From an uncultured Clostridium sp. (lineage in GTDB: Bacteria; Bacillota; Clostridia; TANB77; CAG-508), in the NCBI GenBank assembly GCA_948442365.1, contig CAOJRU010000001.1, positions 45,244 to 109,243 of the forward strand: 64,000 bases of DNA, given 5' to 3'. A program made the translations under genes and the position numbers. The notes beneath the pieces were generated by a model. The model ran no database searches, had not been told where the DNA came from, and was given only the letters and a program-made list of their open reading frames with translations. Within the stretch, counting starts at the first letter, position 1; every line of letters starts with the position of its first letter. This document shows positions 21,992 to 32,604 of this stretch, piece by piece.

Positions 21992-22043
21992 AAAAATGAA
22001 ACGGGACCAATAGCCTTGAGGCCATAGGTCTCGTTTCATTTTT
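21992..22043. terminator. bidirectional rho-independent terminator
   Basis: 17-bp stem aaaaatgaaacgggacc with ggtctcgtttcattttt. An A-run and a T-run flank it. Lies between convergent genes. Confidence 0.8.
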
Positions 22044-22061
22044 AACTTAGATAAATGCTAC

Positions 22062-22367
22062 CTAAATGGCGATAGACAATTTATCTCTCCAAACAGTAAC
22101 TTCCACTGTTGGAGTTGCATCTGGACCCACAAATTTCAAGTTGATCGTACTCTCATGAGGAAAGCGATCTTTTGGGCGCTCATCGAAGATAAACTTTACA
22201 GATTTCTCTGTAGTAGCTTGTATCCAGTCAGAGTTACTGTGCAATTGCTTTTCCAATGATTTTCTGAGTACAGGATTTTCGTGTAGCTCCTTAAGAAAAG
22301 AATTTTTGTTATACGTGACATCATAAGGTTCTATTGCGTTAAGAAGCTTTTCCAATTTTAGTTTCAT
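22062..22367 (-). CDS. hypothetical protein, compositionally atypical
   Basis: 101-aa ORF with a strong SD (aggagg). Visibly more G+C and more G/C-ending codons (CTG, GGC, CGC) than its neighbours. Confidence 0.5.
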   Translation of the reverse strand: MKLKLEKLLNAIEPYDVTYNKNSFLKELHENPVLRKSLEKQLHSNSDWIQATTEKSVKFIFDERPKDRFPHESTINLKFVGPDATPTVEVTVWRDKLSIAI

Positions 22368-22577
22368 TGTTTGATCCTCCTATGCACATTATTTCTATAA
22401 TTATAACATATTTAACATAAAAAATCAAATTCAACTCTGGAAGAAACTATTGATTAAGATGTCATAAAGAAAGTACAAGCCACATATAATTTAAAGAACA
22501 GAGAAAGTTGTTAAGAAGGATTAAGGAACGTACCTCAATCCCTTTTAACAAACTAAAATACAAAGGAGAGAAAAGAT

Positions 22578-25205
22578 ATGTGGGAAACATTAAGAAAAGA
22601 AGAAGTTTTACAAAAGTTAGAAACAGACTTTAGGCATGGGCTGAAGGAAGAGGAAGTGTACAAAAGACAACAAAAATATGGAAAAAACAAATTAAAAGAC
22701 AAGCCCAAAGAAAGTATAATTGTGAGATTTATCAAACAATTTAACGACTTCATGATTATCATTTTAATTATAGCATCTATTATTTCAGCTGTTGTATCAA
22801 ACTTACAAGGAGAAAATGACTACATAGATTCCATTATTATTATAGCCATTGTAGTTTTAAATGCTATCATGGGAGTTGTACAAGAAGCGAAGGCGGAAAA
22901 ATCCATAGAAGCATTGCAACAGATGACACCTCCAAAGGCAAAAGTAATGAGAAATGGAATAACCAATGAAATTAATGCCGATGAATTAGTGCCAGGAGAT
23001 ATTGTAATTTTAGAAGCAGGAAACTATGTGCCAGCAGATAGCAGAATTATAGAAAGTTTTAATTTAAAAATAGAAGAATCTAGTCTAACAGGGGAAACAG
23101 AACCTGTGTTAAAAGAGGCAGATAAGATTTGCAAACCTAATATTGCTTTAGGAGATAGGAATAATATGGCATTTATGGCAAGCATTGTTGTAAATGGACA
23201 CGGGAAAGCAATTGTAACAGAGATCGGAATGGATACCAAAGTTGGAAAAATAGCCAACATGATGATAGAAGATGAATCACCAGAAACGCCAATTCAAAAG
23301 AAATTAGGACAAGTTGGAAAAATATTAGGAATGGTTTGCTTAGTCATTTGTTTTATTATTTTTGTAATAGGATTAATTAAAAATATAGATCCAATTGAAA
23401 TGTTTATGACTTCGGTTGGATTAGCAGTAGCAGCTATACCAGAAGGATTGCCAGCTATTGTAACAATTATGTTGTCAATTGGTGTTACTAAAATGGCAAA
23501 GAAAAATAGTATTATTAGAAAATTACCAGCAGTAGAAACACTAGGAAGTTCATCTGTGATTTGTTCAGATAAAACAGGAACCTTAACGCAAAATAAAATG
23601 AAAGTAGTAGAAATCAACAGTAAAGATGTAAATTTGGTAACAGAATTAGCTTGCATGTGTACAGATTGTGATATTTTATATCAAGAATCAAAAATACAAG
23701 TAAATGGAGAGCCAACTGAAGTAGCATTGGTTAATCAAGGGCTAGCTAGCAACAAAGATAAAAATGAATTATATAGAGTTATGCCAAGAGTCAATGAAAT
23801 TCCATTTGATTCGAATCGAAAAATGATGACAACGATTCACAAAATAGGAAATAAATACAGAGTTATTACCAAAGGTGCACCAGATGTATTACTAGAAAAA
23901 TGTCAAAAACAAATAAGTGGGGTAGTAGGGCAAACAGCTATAATAGAGAAAGCAACCATTCAAAAAGAGAACGAAAAAATGGCGCAAAAAGCATTAAGAG
24001 TAATAGCAGTAGCCTATAAAGATTTAGATTTTTTACCACAAAAAATAGATAGCAATACGATCGAAAGTAATCTTATTTTTGTCGGACTAATGGGAATGAT
24101 GGATCCACCAAGAGAAGGAGTAAAAGAAGCAGTTGAAACATGTAAAAAAGCAGGAATTAAAACCGTTATGATAACAGGAGATCATATTGTAACAGCAAAA
24201 GCAATAGCCAAAGAATTAAAAATATTAGGGACAAGAGATAAAGCGATTACAGGACAAGAATTAGATAAGATACCACAAAAAGAATTAGAAAAGACAATCC
24301 GAGAATATTCAGTATTTGCAAGAGTCACGCCAGAGCATAAAGTAAGAATTGTTAAGGCATGGCAAAGAACGGGAGCTGTTGTTGCTATGACAGGAGATGG
24401 CGTGAATGATAGCCCAGCTTTAAAAAATGCGGATATTGGAATTGCAATGGGTAAAAACGGAACCGATGTAGCAAAAAATGCAGCCGATATGATTTTAGCA
24501 GATGATAATTTCGTAACGATTGTAGAAGCGGTAAAACAAGGGCGAAATATCTATGATAATATAAAAAAGGCAATTCACTTTTTGATTGCTACTAACATAG
24601 GCGAAATTGTAACAATATTTATGGGATTAGTCTTAGGACTAAAATCACCATTACTTGCAATACAATTATTATGGATTAACTTAGTGACCGATTCTTTACC
24701 AGCTATTGCGATTGGATTAGAACCACCAGAAAAAGAAATTATGAGTCGAAAGCCAGCAGATAGTAAAAAAGGAATTTTCGCAGATGGATTATGGAATAAG
24801 ATCGTGGTAGAGGGTATTATGATTGGTATGTTAACACTGGTTGCCTTTAGTTTAGGAAATAAATTCTTTGGACTAGAGGTAGGACGAACGATGGCATTTG
24901 TTTCTATGGGACTATTAGAACTTGTCCACAGTTTTAATATAAAAAGTGAACAGTCTATATTTAAAGTTGGAATTTTAGAAAATAAATTTTTAATAGGAAG
25001 TTTTGTATTGGGAACCATCATACAAATTTCAGTTGTTTTATTGCCAACATTAGCAGAAATATTTAGCTTAGTTCCATTAAATCAGACACAATGGATGATT
25101 ACCATTATGATTTCTTTGTTACCAATTCCAATTATGGAGTTACAAAAGAAATTAGATGAGGTTAAGTATGGAAAAAGAATTTATCCAGAAAAAGCAAAAG
25201 TTTAG
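22578..25205 (+). CDS. P-type Ca2+-transporting ATPase (P2A/YloB-like)
   Basis: CSDKTGTLT phosphorylation site, TGES-type LTGETEP, MITGDH and TGDGVNDSPALK. 875 aa. Confidence 0.85.
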   Translation: MWETLRKEEVLQKLETDFRHGLKEEEVYKRQQKYGKNKLKDKPKESIIVRFIKQFNDFMIIILIIASIISAVVSNLQGENDYIDSIIIIAIVVLNAIMGVVQEAKAEKSIEALQQMTPPKAKVMRNGITNEINADELVPGDIVILEAGNYVPADSRIIESFNLKIEESSLTGETEPVLKEADKICKPNIALGDRNNMAFMASIVVNGHGKAIVTEIGMDTKVGKIANMMIEDESPETPIQKKLGQVGKILGMVCLVICFIIFVIGLIKNIDPIEMFMTSVGLAVAAIPEGLPAIVTIMLSIGVTKMAKKNSIIRKLPAVETLGSSSVICSDKTGTLTQNKMKVVEINSKDVNLVTELACMCTDCDILYQESKIQVNGEPTEVALVNQGLASNKDKNELYRVMPRVNEIPFDSNRKMMTTIHKIGNKYRVITKGAPDVLLEKCQKQISGVVGQTAIIEKATIQKENEKMAQKALRVIAVAYKDLDFLPQKIDSNTIESNLIFVGLMGMMDPPREGVKEAVETCKKAGIKTVMITGDHIVTAKAIAKELKILGTRDKAITGQELDKIPQKELEKTIREYSVFARVTPEHKVRIVKAWQRTGAVVAMTGDGVNDSPALKNADIGIAMGKNGTDVAKNAADMILADDNFVTIVEAVKQGRNIYDNIKKAIHFLIATNIGEIVTIFMGLVLGLKSPLLAIQLLWINLVTDSLPAIAIGLEPPEKEIMSRKPADSKKGIFADGLWNKIVVEGIMIGMLTLVAFSLGNKFFGLEVGRTMAFVSMGLLELVHSFNIKSEQSIFKVGILENKFLIGSFVLGTIIQISVVLLPTLAEIFSLVPLNQTQWMITIMISLLPIPIMELQKKLDEVKYGKRIYPEKAKV

Positions 25206-25211
25206 AAATAA

Positions 25212-25248
25212 AAAGGACACTTTCAATAAAAAGTGCCCTTTCTATTTT
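25212..25248 (+). terminator. rho-independent terminator
   Basis: Stem aaaggacacttt with aaagtgcccttt, followed by a T-rich tail. Confidence 0.6.
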
Positions 25249-25405
25249 AATATTATAGTATACGATAGGTTAAAAACAACATTTTGTTGTCATCTAGTTG
25301 ACTTAATATTTGAAAAAAGATATAATCACTTCAGAAATACGACAAAAATGTCATATATATTCTATAAAATAAGAGAGAATAAACAAAAGAAAGGAAAGAA
25401 GAAAA

Positions 25406-26587
25406 ATGAGAAAATTAAAAGAAACAAAAGGTATCACATTGATAGCCCTAGTAATTACGATTATTGTATTATTAATTTTAGCAGCGGTAAGTATTGCCAC
25501 ATTAACAGGAGAAAATGGAATTTTAACAAAGGCCAAAACAGCAAAAGAGGAAACAAATGAAGCAACAGCAAGAGAAAAAATACAAGTAGCAGTAATGGGA
25601 AGCTTTGATAAAAATGGAAAATTAGATATAAATGAATTGAAAGATAATTTAAAAAAAGAAGGAATAACGAATTTTGAAGATGTTAATGAATTTCCATTGA
25701 AAGTAAAAGTTGATGATTATGAGATAAGTATCATAGAGAATGGAAAAATTACAGTGGAAGAAAATAAAAATCCATCAGAAACCGAAAAAAATATAGTTTC
25801 AGCCAGTGATATTGCAAATAGTAATGATAAAAAAACATATTACGGAGCAACTGTAACAGGTTATACTTGTGATAATGGAGAGGGAGTAAATGCATGGAAG
25901 ATATTTTATGCAGATAACAATAATATATACCTAATAGCAGACGATTATATACATTATGATTATTGCCCAAGTTCAGTAAATCAAAATATTTCTATAAAGA
26001 ATAATAATAACTATTACTTATCAATGGAAAATGTAATGAAAGACTATAATGGATCAGAAGATATAACAAATATAAGAATACAAAATTTAAATAGTAGATA
26101 TTTTAATTATCTAAGAACAAATTCACAAACAAGTACAAATGAAAATATGAAAAAAGTAGCATATATGACAGATACAAGTGTATGGAAAGTATTTGCAGGA
26201 CAAAAGGCCGAATATGCAATAGGAGGACCAACTATAGAAATGTTATTTAGTTCTTATAATCAAAAATATGGCACAACATATGAAACACAAGTAACAAATA
26301 ATAATGGATATTCTATAAGAAAAACAAGTGATGATAATTGGAGTGAAAAGTTAGATAATATGTTTAATACAGATGATAACTTATATGTTTCTAGTAAGGA
26401 AGCATATGCCATGTGGATAGCAAGTCCTTCTAATTTTAATAATCAGTATGTAATGCAGGCATCAATGAATGGTACAGTTGACTATATGTTCTATCATAGT
26501 GACTTCTATGGTTTCCGCCCATTAGTATGTTTAAAGTCTGGTATTCAGCTTCAAGAAAATGAAGATGGAACATATAGTATACAATAG
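25406..26587 (+). CDS. secreted protein with a prepilin-like (class III signal) N-terminus and an unknown C-terminal domain
   Basis: N-terminus MRKLKETKGITLIALVITIIVLLILAAVSIATL resembles the G|FTLIE methylation motif, but the +5 Glu is replaced by Ala. Confidence 0.55.
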   Translation: MRKLKETKGITLIALVITIIVLLILAAVSIATLTGENGILTKAKTAKEETNEATAREKIQVAVMGSFDKNGKLDINELKDNLKKEGITNFEDVNEFPLKVKVDDYEISIIENGKITVEENKNPSETEKNIVSASDIANSNDKKTYYGATVTGYTCDNGEGVNAWKIFYADNNNIYLIADDYIHYDYCPSSVNQNISIKNNNNYYLSMENVMKDYNGSEDITNIRIQNLNSRYFNYLRTNSQTSTNENMKKVAYMTDTSVWKVFAGQKAEYAIGGPTIEMLFSSYNQKYGTTYETQVTNNNGYSIRKTSDDNWSEKLDNMFNTDDNLYVSSKEAYAMWIASPSNFNNQYVMQASMNGTVDYMFYHSDFYGFRPLVCLKSGIQLQENEDGTYSIQ

Positions 26588-26705
26588 ATTTTAACAAAAA
26601 TACCTATTTTGATATTTAATCAAGAAGGTATTTTTTGTTATTTTTCTTTGCCCAATATAATTTTATACTGACATAACAAATAAGAAAAACTTAAGAAAGA
26701 ATCAA

Positions 26706-26734
26706 TTGACATAGGTGGTATAAAAGCATATAAT
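26706..26734 (+). promoter_or_regulatory. sigma-A type promoter
   Basis: TTGACA, 17 nt, TATAAT, about 70 nt upstream of the 26806 ATG. Confidence 0.5.
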
Positions 26735-26805
26735 TAGCAATAAGAAAAAATAAAAAATGATAAATTTTGGGCAAGATTTATGCCTTAGGAGGAAAGTAAT
26801 TATTA

Positions 26806-29139
26806 ATGGAAATAAAAGGACTAACCAATAAAGAAGTAAAAGAAAGACAAGAAAAAAAACAAGTCAACTATGACACAAAAGTTCCAACCAAAAGTATAAA
26901 AAAAATATTAAAAGACAATTTCTTAACACTATTTAATATCATAAACTTAATCTTAGGCATTATCATCTTTTCAGTAGGTTCGTATAAAAACATGTTATTT
27001 TTAGGAATTATTATTATCAATACGGCCATTAGTACCATACAAGAAATTCATTCCAAAAGAATGGTAGATAAACTTTCCATTATGGCAAGTAGTAGAGTAA
27101 AAGTCATTCGAGACGGAAAAAAGCAAGAGATATCCATTTACGAATTAGTATTAGATGATGTTATGGAGCTACATACAGGGAGTCAAATTGCAACCGATAG
27201 TATTATTTTAGAAGGAGATGTTCAAGTAAACGAATCCTTTATTACAGGGGAGCCAGATAGTATCTATAAAAAGCAAGGAGACAAAATTCTCTCAGGAAGT
27301 TATATCGTTAGCGGAAAATGTAAAGCAAAAGTGGAACATATAGGAGAAGATAATTATACTGCTCAAATTTCGAGTGGAGCAAAATATGTCAAAAAAGTAA
27401 ATTCAGAAATCATGAATTCACTGGGGAGAATCATTAGATTTCTAACATTTGCCATCATACCAATAGGACTCGGATTGTTTTATACTCAACTACAAGTAGA
27501 GGATACCACTTTTCAAGAAGCCGTTGTAAAAAGTGTAGCAGGCATTATTGGTATGATACCAGAAGGGTTAGTTCTTTTAACCAGTACCGTTTTAGCAGTA
27601 AGCGTTATTAGGCTTTCGAAAACCAAAGTTTTAGTACAAGAATTATATTGTATTGAAACGTTAGCAAGAGTAGATACACTTTGTTTAGACAAAACAGGAA
27701 CGCTAACAGAAGGTATCATGGAAGTAAAAGATTTTGAGCCTGTTAACTGCACAAAAAAGGAGATGAGTAATCTATTAGCTAATATAGCCAAAGCCTCTGA
27801 AGATGAAAATGCAACCATAGAAGCCATTAGAAATTATTTTACTCACTTAGAAAAACAATGGAAACCGACACAGAAAATTGCATTTTCTTCTCAAACTAAG
27901 TGGTCTAGTATTTCTTTTGAAAAAGAAGGAACTTATCTTTTAGGTGCTCCAGAATATGTATTGAAAAAAAATTTTAGCCAATACAAAGATACCATAGAAA
28001 AACGAGCAAAAGACTATAGAGTTCTAGCGGTAGGATATAGTAAACAGGAAATTCAAAGCCATGAAATACCAGAAGATATAGAATTAGTTGGTTATGTATT
28101 TATCTTAGACAAAATCAGAAAAGAAGCAAAACAAACATTAAAATATTTTAAAGAACAAGGCGTTGCCATCAAGATTATTTCAGGAGACAACCCAGTTACC
28201 GTTTCCAAAATTGCAAAACAAGTGGGTGTAAAAAACTATGACAAATATATCGATATGACAACACTAGAAAAAGAGGAAGACATAGAAAGAGTTGCATTAA
28301 CCTATACTATTTTTGGAAGAGTTTTGCCAACCCAAAAAAAGTCATTAGTAGAAGCTTTGCAAAAAGCAGGAAAGACAGTAGCGATGACAGGGGATGGGGT
28401 AAATGATGTACTAGCTTTAAAAACAGCAGATTGTAGTATTGCTATGGCAAATGGAAGTGATGCTACTAAGTCAGTATCCCAATTAATTTTATTAGATTCC
28501 AATTTTGCCTCTATGCCTAAAGTAGTAGCAGAAGGAAGAAGAACCATCAATAATATTGAGCGTTCAGCCACTTTGTTTTTAGTAAAAACGATATATTCTG
28601 GATTACTTGCCATTATGTTTTTATTAATAGGGGAAGCTTATCCATTTGTGCCAATACAGATGAGCTTAATTGGAACGATTACCATAGGATTACCATCTTT
28701 TATATTAGCATTAGAGCCAAACAAAGAGAGAATACAAGGACAGTTTTTAAAAAATGTTATGGTAAGAGCGTTACCAGTAGGATTAACAGTTGTTCTTAAC
28801 ATATTTACATTAGCTATGTTAAGTAAAAATGAAATAATCTTGGAAGAACAATATTCAAGTTTATGTGTAATTGGCACAGGGATTTGTGGTATCATCTTAT
28901 TATTTACGTTAGCAAGAACAAGAAAAAGTGAAAATAGCAAATTACCAGTATCTATCTTTAGACTGGCATTGGCACTCATAGTAACAGGTCTATTTATATT
29001 AGGATTAACAGCTTTTAGTTGGTGGTTTAATATTGCACCACTTATGCCAATCTGGAAAGTAATTATAAAATTAATCATTCTTTCTATCATTAATTTTAGT
29101 GTTCTAACAATTGTATTTAAGAAAATTTTGTTTAATTAG
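26806..29139 (+). CDS. cation-translocating P-type ATPase (HAD-IC family), substrate unclear
   Basis: DKTGTLTEG, ITGEPD, SGDNPVT and TGDGVNDVLALK. 777 aa. Confidence 0.8.
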   Translation: MEIKGLTNKEVKERQEKKQVNYDTKVPTKSIKKILKDNFLTLFNIINLILGIIIFSVGSYKNMLFLGIIIINTAISTIQEIHSKRMVDKLSIMASSRVKVIRDGKKQEISIYELVLDDVMELHTGSQIATDSIILEGDVQVNESFITGEPDSIYKKQGDKILSGSYIVSGKCKAKVEHIGEDNYTAQISSGAKYVKKVNSEIMNSLGRIIRFLTFAIIPIGLGLFYTQLQVEDTTFQEAVVKSVAGIIGMIPEGLVLLTSTVLAVSVIRLSKTKVLVQELYCIETLARVDTLCLDKTGTLTEGIMEVKDFEPVNCTKKEMSNLLANIAKASEDENATIEAIRNYFTHLEKQWKPTQKIAFSSQTKWSSISFEKEGTYLLGAPEYVLKKNFSQYKDTIEKRAKDYRVLAVGYSKQEIQSHEIPEDIELVGYVFILDKIRKEAKQTLKYFKEQGVAIKIISGDNPVTVSKIAKQVGVKNYDKYIDMTTLEKEEDIERVALTYTIFGRVLPTQKKSLVEALQKAGKTVAMTGDGVNDVLALKTADCSIAMANGSDATKSVSQLILLDSNFASMPKVVAEGRRTINNIERSATLFLVKTIYSGLLAIMFLLIGEAYPFVPIQMSLIGTITIGLPSFILALEPNKERIQGQFLKNVMVRALPVGLTVVLNIFTLAMLSKNEIILEEQYSSLCVIGTGICGIILLFTLARTRKSENSKLPVSIFRLALALIVTGLFILGLTAFSWWFNIAPLMPIWKVIIKLIILSIINFSVLTIVFKKILFN

Positions 29140-29140
29140 G

Positions 29141-29168
29141 AAAAACGTCACAAAAATGTGACGTTTTT
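29141..29168 (+). terminator. rho-independent terminator
   Basis: Perfect stem aaaaacgtcac with gtgacgttttt. Confidence 0.85.
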
Positions 29169-29233
29169 ATAGGTATCATTTCTTGAAATAAAAATAAAAT
29201 CATGATAAAATAACCAATAATAGGAGGAAGATT

Positions 29234-29698
29234 ATGAAAGTAGCCATTGGTCAAGACAGTCATAGAATTGACAGAAATAACAAAGAAAAAAAATTAATAT
29301 TAGGAGGAGTCCAATTCCAAGAAGACTATTCTTTAGCAGCTAATAGTGATGGAGACGTTATTTTACATGCTATTACTAATGCTATTTCAGGAATAACCTG
29401 TCGAAATATATTAGGAAAAATCGCAGATGATATGTGCAAAAAAGGAATTACTAATAGTGAAGAATATTTGAAAGAGGCCTTAAAGTATTTAGAAGAAAAA
29501 ATTGTACATTTATCTATATCTATTGAATGTTTAACACCTAAAATAAGTCCCAAAATAGGAGAAATGAGAAAAAATATAGCACGAATTCTACACATAGAAG
29601 AAAATTGTATAGGAATTACAGCTACCACAGGAGAAGGCTTAACAGAAGCTGGAAAAGGAAATGGAATTAGTGTATTTGTATGTTTGACAGTAGAGTAA
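29234..29698 (+). CDS. ispF: 2-C-methyl-D-erythritol 2,4-cyclodiphosphate synthase
   Basis: 154 aa. IGQDSHR and NSDGDVILHAITNAISG match the IspF metal- and substrate-binding motifs. Confidence 0.8.
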   Translation: MKVAIGQDSHRIDRNNKEKKLILGGVQFQEDYSLAANSDGDVILHAITNAISGITCRNILGKIADDMCKKGITNSEEYLKEALKYLEEKIVHLSISIECLTPKISPKIGEMRKNIARILHIEENCIGITATTGEGLTEAGKGNGISVFVCLTVE

Positions 29699-29769
29699 TT
29701 AAAAAATGACAGTATAAGAAAGTGATTCTTTTCAAAATTTGAATGAGAAAATTCGAAAGGAATAAAAAA

Positions 29770-30640
29770 ATGGAACAAGTATATATAAAAGCAAGAGCAA
29801 AAATAAATCTAAATTTAGAAGTAGTGGGAAAAAGAGAGGACAATTATCACAATATTAGTTCTGTTTTTCAGAAAATTAATCTATATGACGAGTTATATAT
29901 CAGAAAAACAGAAACAGGAAATTTAGAAATCAAAACGAATATAGAAGAATTAAATAACAAAGAAAATATCATTTATAAAGCCTATGTAGTATTAAAAGAA
30001 AAATATAAAAATATTACAGGTGTTGAGGTAACATTAAATAAAAAAATACCAATGCAAGCAGGATTAGCAGGAGGAAGTACAGATTGTGCTAGTTTTATTG
30101 TTGGAATGAATCGTTTATTTAATTTAAAATTATCACAAATAGAAATGGAACACATAGGAAAAAATTTAGGAGCTGATGTAGTCCCATGCTTTTATAAGGG
30201 AGCTGTAAAAGCAGAAGGAATTGGAGAAATCATAACACCGATTGATACCAATATAAAATATTATCTAATTATTATTAAACCTCAGATATCTTGTAATACA
30301 GGGAGATTATTTAAAAAAATAGAAGAAGGAAGAGAAATTAAACAACCAGGAAATACTAAAAAAATGATGCAAGCATTAGAGAAAAATAATTTAGAGACAG
30401 TAACCAATTATTTATACAATGTATTTGAAGAAGTAATAGAGGAGAAAGAATTAATACAAAAATTAAAAAAGGAACTAATCGAGCAAGGAGCCATTCGGAA
30501 GTTTGATGACAGGAACTGGTTCTTGTGTTTATGGGATATTTGTAGATAAACAAACAGCTAAATTGGCGTATAACAAACTAAATGGGAAATATCAAACTTA
30601 TTTATGCTGTTCATATAATTTTACCAAGAAAGGGAAATAG
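29770..30640 (+). CDS. ispE: 4-diphosphocytidyl-2-C-methyl-D-erythritol kinase, needing a +1 shift at the CGG at 30496
   Basis: KINLNLEV and GHMP motif PMQAGLAGGSTD. The C-terminus is restored as EQGAI|GSLMTGTGSCVYGIF when C30496 is skipped, and the frame ends at TAG 30638-30640. About 289 aa. Confidence 0.85.
30496..30499 (+). other. frame-break site CGGA in ispE
   Basis: Context gcc att C gga agt. The CGG is in frame with 29743/29770, and the GGA is in frame with the stop at 30638. Confidence 0.85.
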
Positions 30641-30642
30641 AT

Positions 30643-31326
30643 ATGATAGAAGGAAAAACAGTTACAGCTGTAATATTAGTAGCAGGAAATAGTACGAGAT
30701 ATGGACAAAACAGAAATAAAAATTTTGAAAAAATCAAGGGAAAAACAGTAGTGTCATACAGTGTAAAAGCTTTTCATGAAAATGCTTATATCGACAACAT
30801 CATCATAGGAGCCAAAGAAGAGGAGATACCAATCATTGAGAAAATTATAAAAGAAGAGAGATTAAGCAAACCAGTAAATATAGTGATAGGTGGTAGTTCC
30901 AGACAAGAAACCGTTTATCATTGTATTCAAAACACAGATTCAGACATTGTAATTATCCATGATGGAGCAAGACCAGCCATTCAACAAAAATATATTAAGG
31001 AATGTATCGAAAGTATGAAAGAATTTAAAGGAGCAACAGTAGGCGTGCCTTCAAAAGATACCATAAAAATAACAGACGATAATGGTATTGTGGTACAAAG
31101 TACACAAAGAAACAATACATGGATTGTACAAACCCCACAATGCTTTGAAAGAAAAATTTTGTTAGAAATGCATGAGAAATATAAAAATGAAGAGGTAACA
31201 GATGATTGCATGTTATTAGAAAAGAACAGCCAACAAGTGAAAATTTTACAAGGAGATTATACCAATATAAAGATTACAACTTATGAAGACCTACATATAG
31301 TCAAAGAATTTATTTCCATGAATTAG
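30643..31326 (+). CDS. ispD: 2-C-methyl-D-erythritol 4-phosphate cytidylyltransferase
   Basis: AVILVAGNSTRYG P-loop-like motif, HDGARP. 227 aa. Confidence 0.85.
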   Translation: MIEGKTVTAVILVAGNSTRYGQNRNKNFEKIKGKTVVSYSVKAFHENAYIDNIIIGAKEEEIPIIEKIIKEERLSKPVNIVIGGSSRQETVYHCIQNTDSDIVIIHDGARPAIQQKYIKECIESMKEFKGATVGVPSKDTIKITDDNGIVVQSTQRNNTWIVQTPQCFERKILLEMHEKYKNEEVTDDCMLLEKNSQQVKILQGDYTNIKITTYEDLHIVKEFISMN

Positions 31327-31373
31327 TTTTGGTGAACGTGTAGCAAAATCATGGTATAAAATTAACAAAATGC

Positions 31374-31402
31374 TTGCCAAATAGAAAAAAATATGATAAA
31401 AT
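31374..31402 (+). promoter_or_regulatory. sigma-A type promoter (extended -10) for rpsF-ssb-rpsR
   Basis: TTGCCA, 17 nt, (TGa)TAAAAT. An 85-90 nt structured leader follows. Confidence 0.45.
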
Positions 31403-31491
31403 GGCTGTGTTTCAAAAGTAGCATAGCCATGTTGCTTTTGATCTCTACTTACAGAAAATGTAGGTTAAAAATCCAAAGGGAGGTGAAAATA

Positions 31492-31776
31492 ATGAACCAA
31501 TACGAAAGTATTATCATTGTTAATCCTAATTTAGATGAAGCAGGTTTAAAAGCTTTAGAAGAAAAATTCACAGGATTAATCAATGAAAACGGAAAAGTTG
31601 AATCCGTAGAAAACATGGGTAAAAAGAGATTAGCTTATGAAATCAAAAAGTGCAAAGAAGGTACTTACCTATTATTCAACTTTGAAGCAAAACCAGATTC
31701 TATTACAGAACTTGAAAGAGTTTATAGAATCACAGACGATATCATGAAATTTATCGTAGTAAAAAAAGAAGCTTAA
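31492..31776 (+). CDS. rpsF: 30S ribosomal protein S6
   Basis: MNQYESIIIVNPNLDE... follows SD aaagggaggtg. The track ORF starting at 31393 over-extends the N-terminus. Confidence 0.9.
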   Translation: MNQYESIIIVNPNLDEAGLKALEEKFTGLINENGKVESVENMGKKRLAYEIKKCKEGTYLLFNFEAKPDSITELERVYRITDDIMKFIVVKKEA

Positions 31777-31848
31777 ATAGATAAGCAAAAAAGAAAAAAT
31801 TAAATAAAGAGAGGGGCCTTTATTTAAAGTAAAGAAAGGTGATATAAA

Positions 31849-32277
31849 ATGAACAAAGTAATATTAATGGGAAGACTAACAAGAGACCCAGAAGTAAGAT
31901 ACACACAAACAAATAATACGCTAGTGGCTTCTTTCAGTTTAGCAGTCAATAGAAGATTTGTAAGACAAGGAGAAGAAAGACAAGCAGACTTCATCAATAT
32001 TGTGGCATGGAGTAAACTAGGGGAATTTTGTAGCAAATACTTTAAGAAAGGTCAACAAGTAGGTGTTATAGGAAGAATACAAACCAGAACATGGGATGAC
32101 GAACAAGGAAATAAGCACTACGTAACAGAAGTAGTAGCAGAAGAAGCCTATTTTGCAGACAGTAAAAGAGAAGGAGAAGCAGGAACCAGTACATTTGAAA
32201 ATACATTTGGAGATACAGCACCTGGAAATATGGGAAATGACTTTGAAGTATCTTCTAGTGATGACCTACCATTCTAA
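31849..32277 (+). CDS. ssb: single-stranded DNA-binding protein
   Basis: OB-fold N-terminus MNKVILMGRLTRDPEVRYT and an acidic tail ending DDLPF. Confidence 0.92.
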   Translation: MNKVILMGRLTRDPEVRYTQTNNTLVASFSLAVNRRFVRQGEERQADFINIVAWSKLGEFCSKYFKKGQQVGVIGRIQTRTWDDEQGNKHYVTEVVAEEAYFADSKREGEAGTSTFENTFGDTAPGNMGNDFEVSSSDDLPF

Positions 32278-32304
32278 GAAACAAAAAGAGAGGGGGAATA
32301 GAGA

Positions 32305-32586
32305 GTGGCAGACAAAAAACAAAATAAAAGAAATAACAATAAAAATTATGATGAGGACTACAATCCAAGATTCAGAAAACAAAGAAAAAAAGTATGTGTA
32401 TTATGTAGTGATAAAAACTTTGTATTAGATTACAAAAATCCAGAACAATTAAGAAAATTTATCAATGATAAAGGAAAAATCTTACCAAGAAGAACAACTG
32501 GAGCATGTGCGAAACACCAAAGAGATATTACAACAGCAGTAAAGAGAGCAAGACACATTGCTTTATTACCATATGCACAAAACTAA
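32305..32586 (+). CDS. rpsR: 30S ribosomal protein S18
   Basis: GTG start after gaggggg. Conserved [28 protein letters not shown] and [20 protein letters not shown]. Confidence 0.9.
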   Translation: MADKKQNKRNNNKNYDEDYNPRFRKQRKKVCVLCSDKNFVLDYKNPEQLRKFINDKGKILPRRTTGACAKHQRDITTAVKRARHIALLPYAQN

Positions 32587-32604
32587 TAAAAGGAATAAAG
32601 AAAA

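Noticed and set aside
25156-25560. 134-aa ORF overlapping the ATPase 3' end, the terminator and the start of the next gene.
   Set aside because: It spans a rho-independent terminator, has a Lys/Asn-rich low-complexity translation, and no SD.
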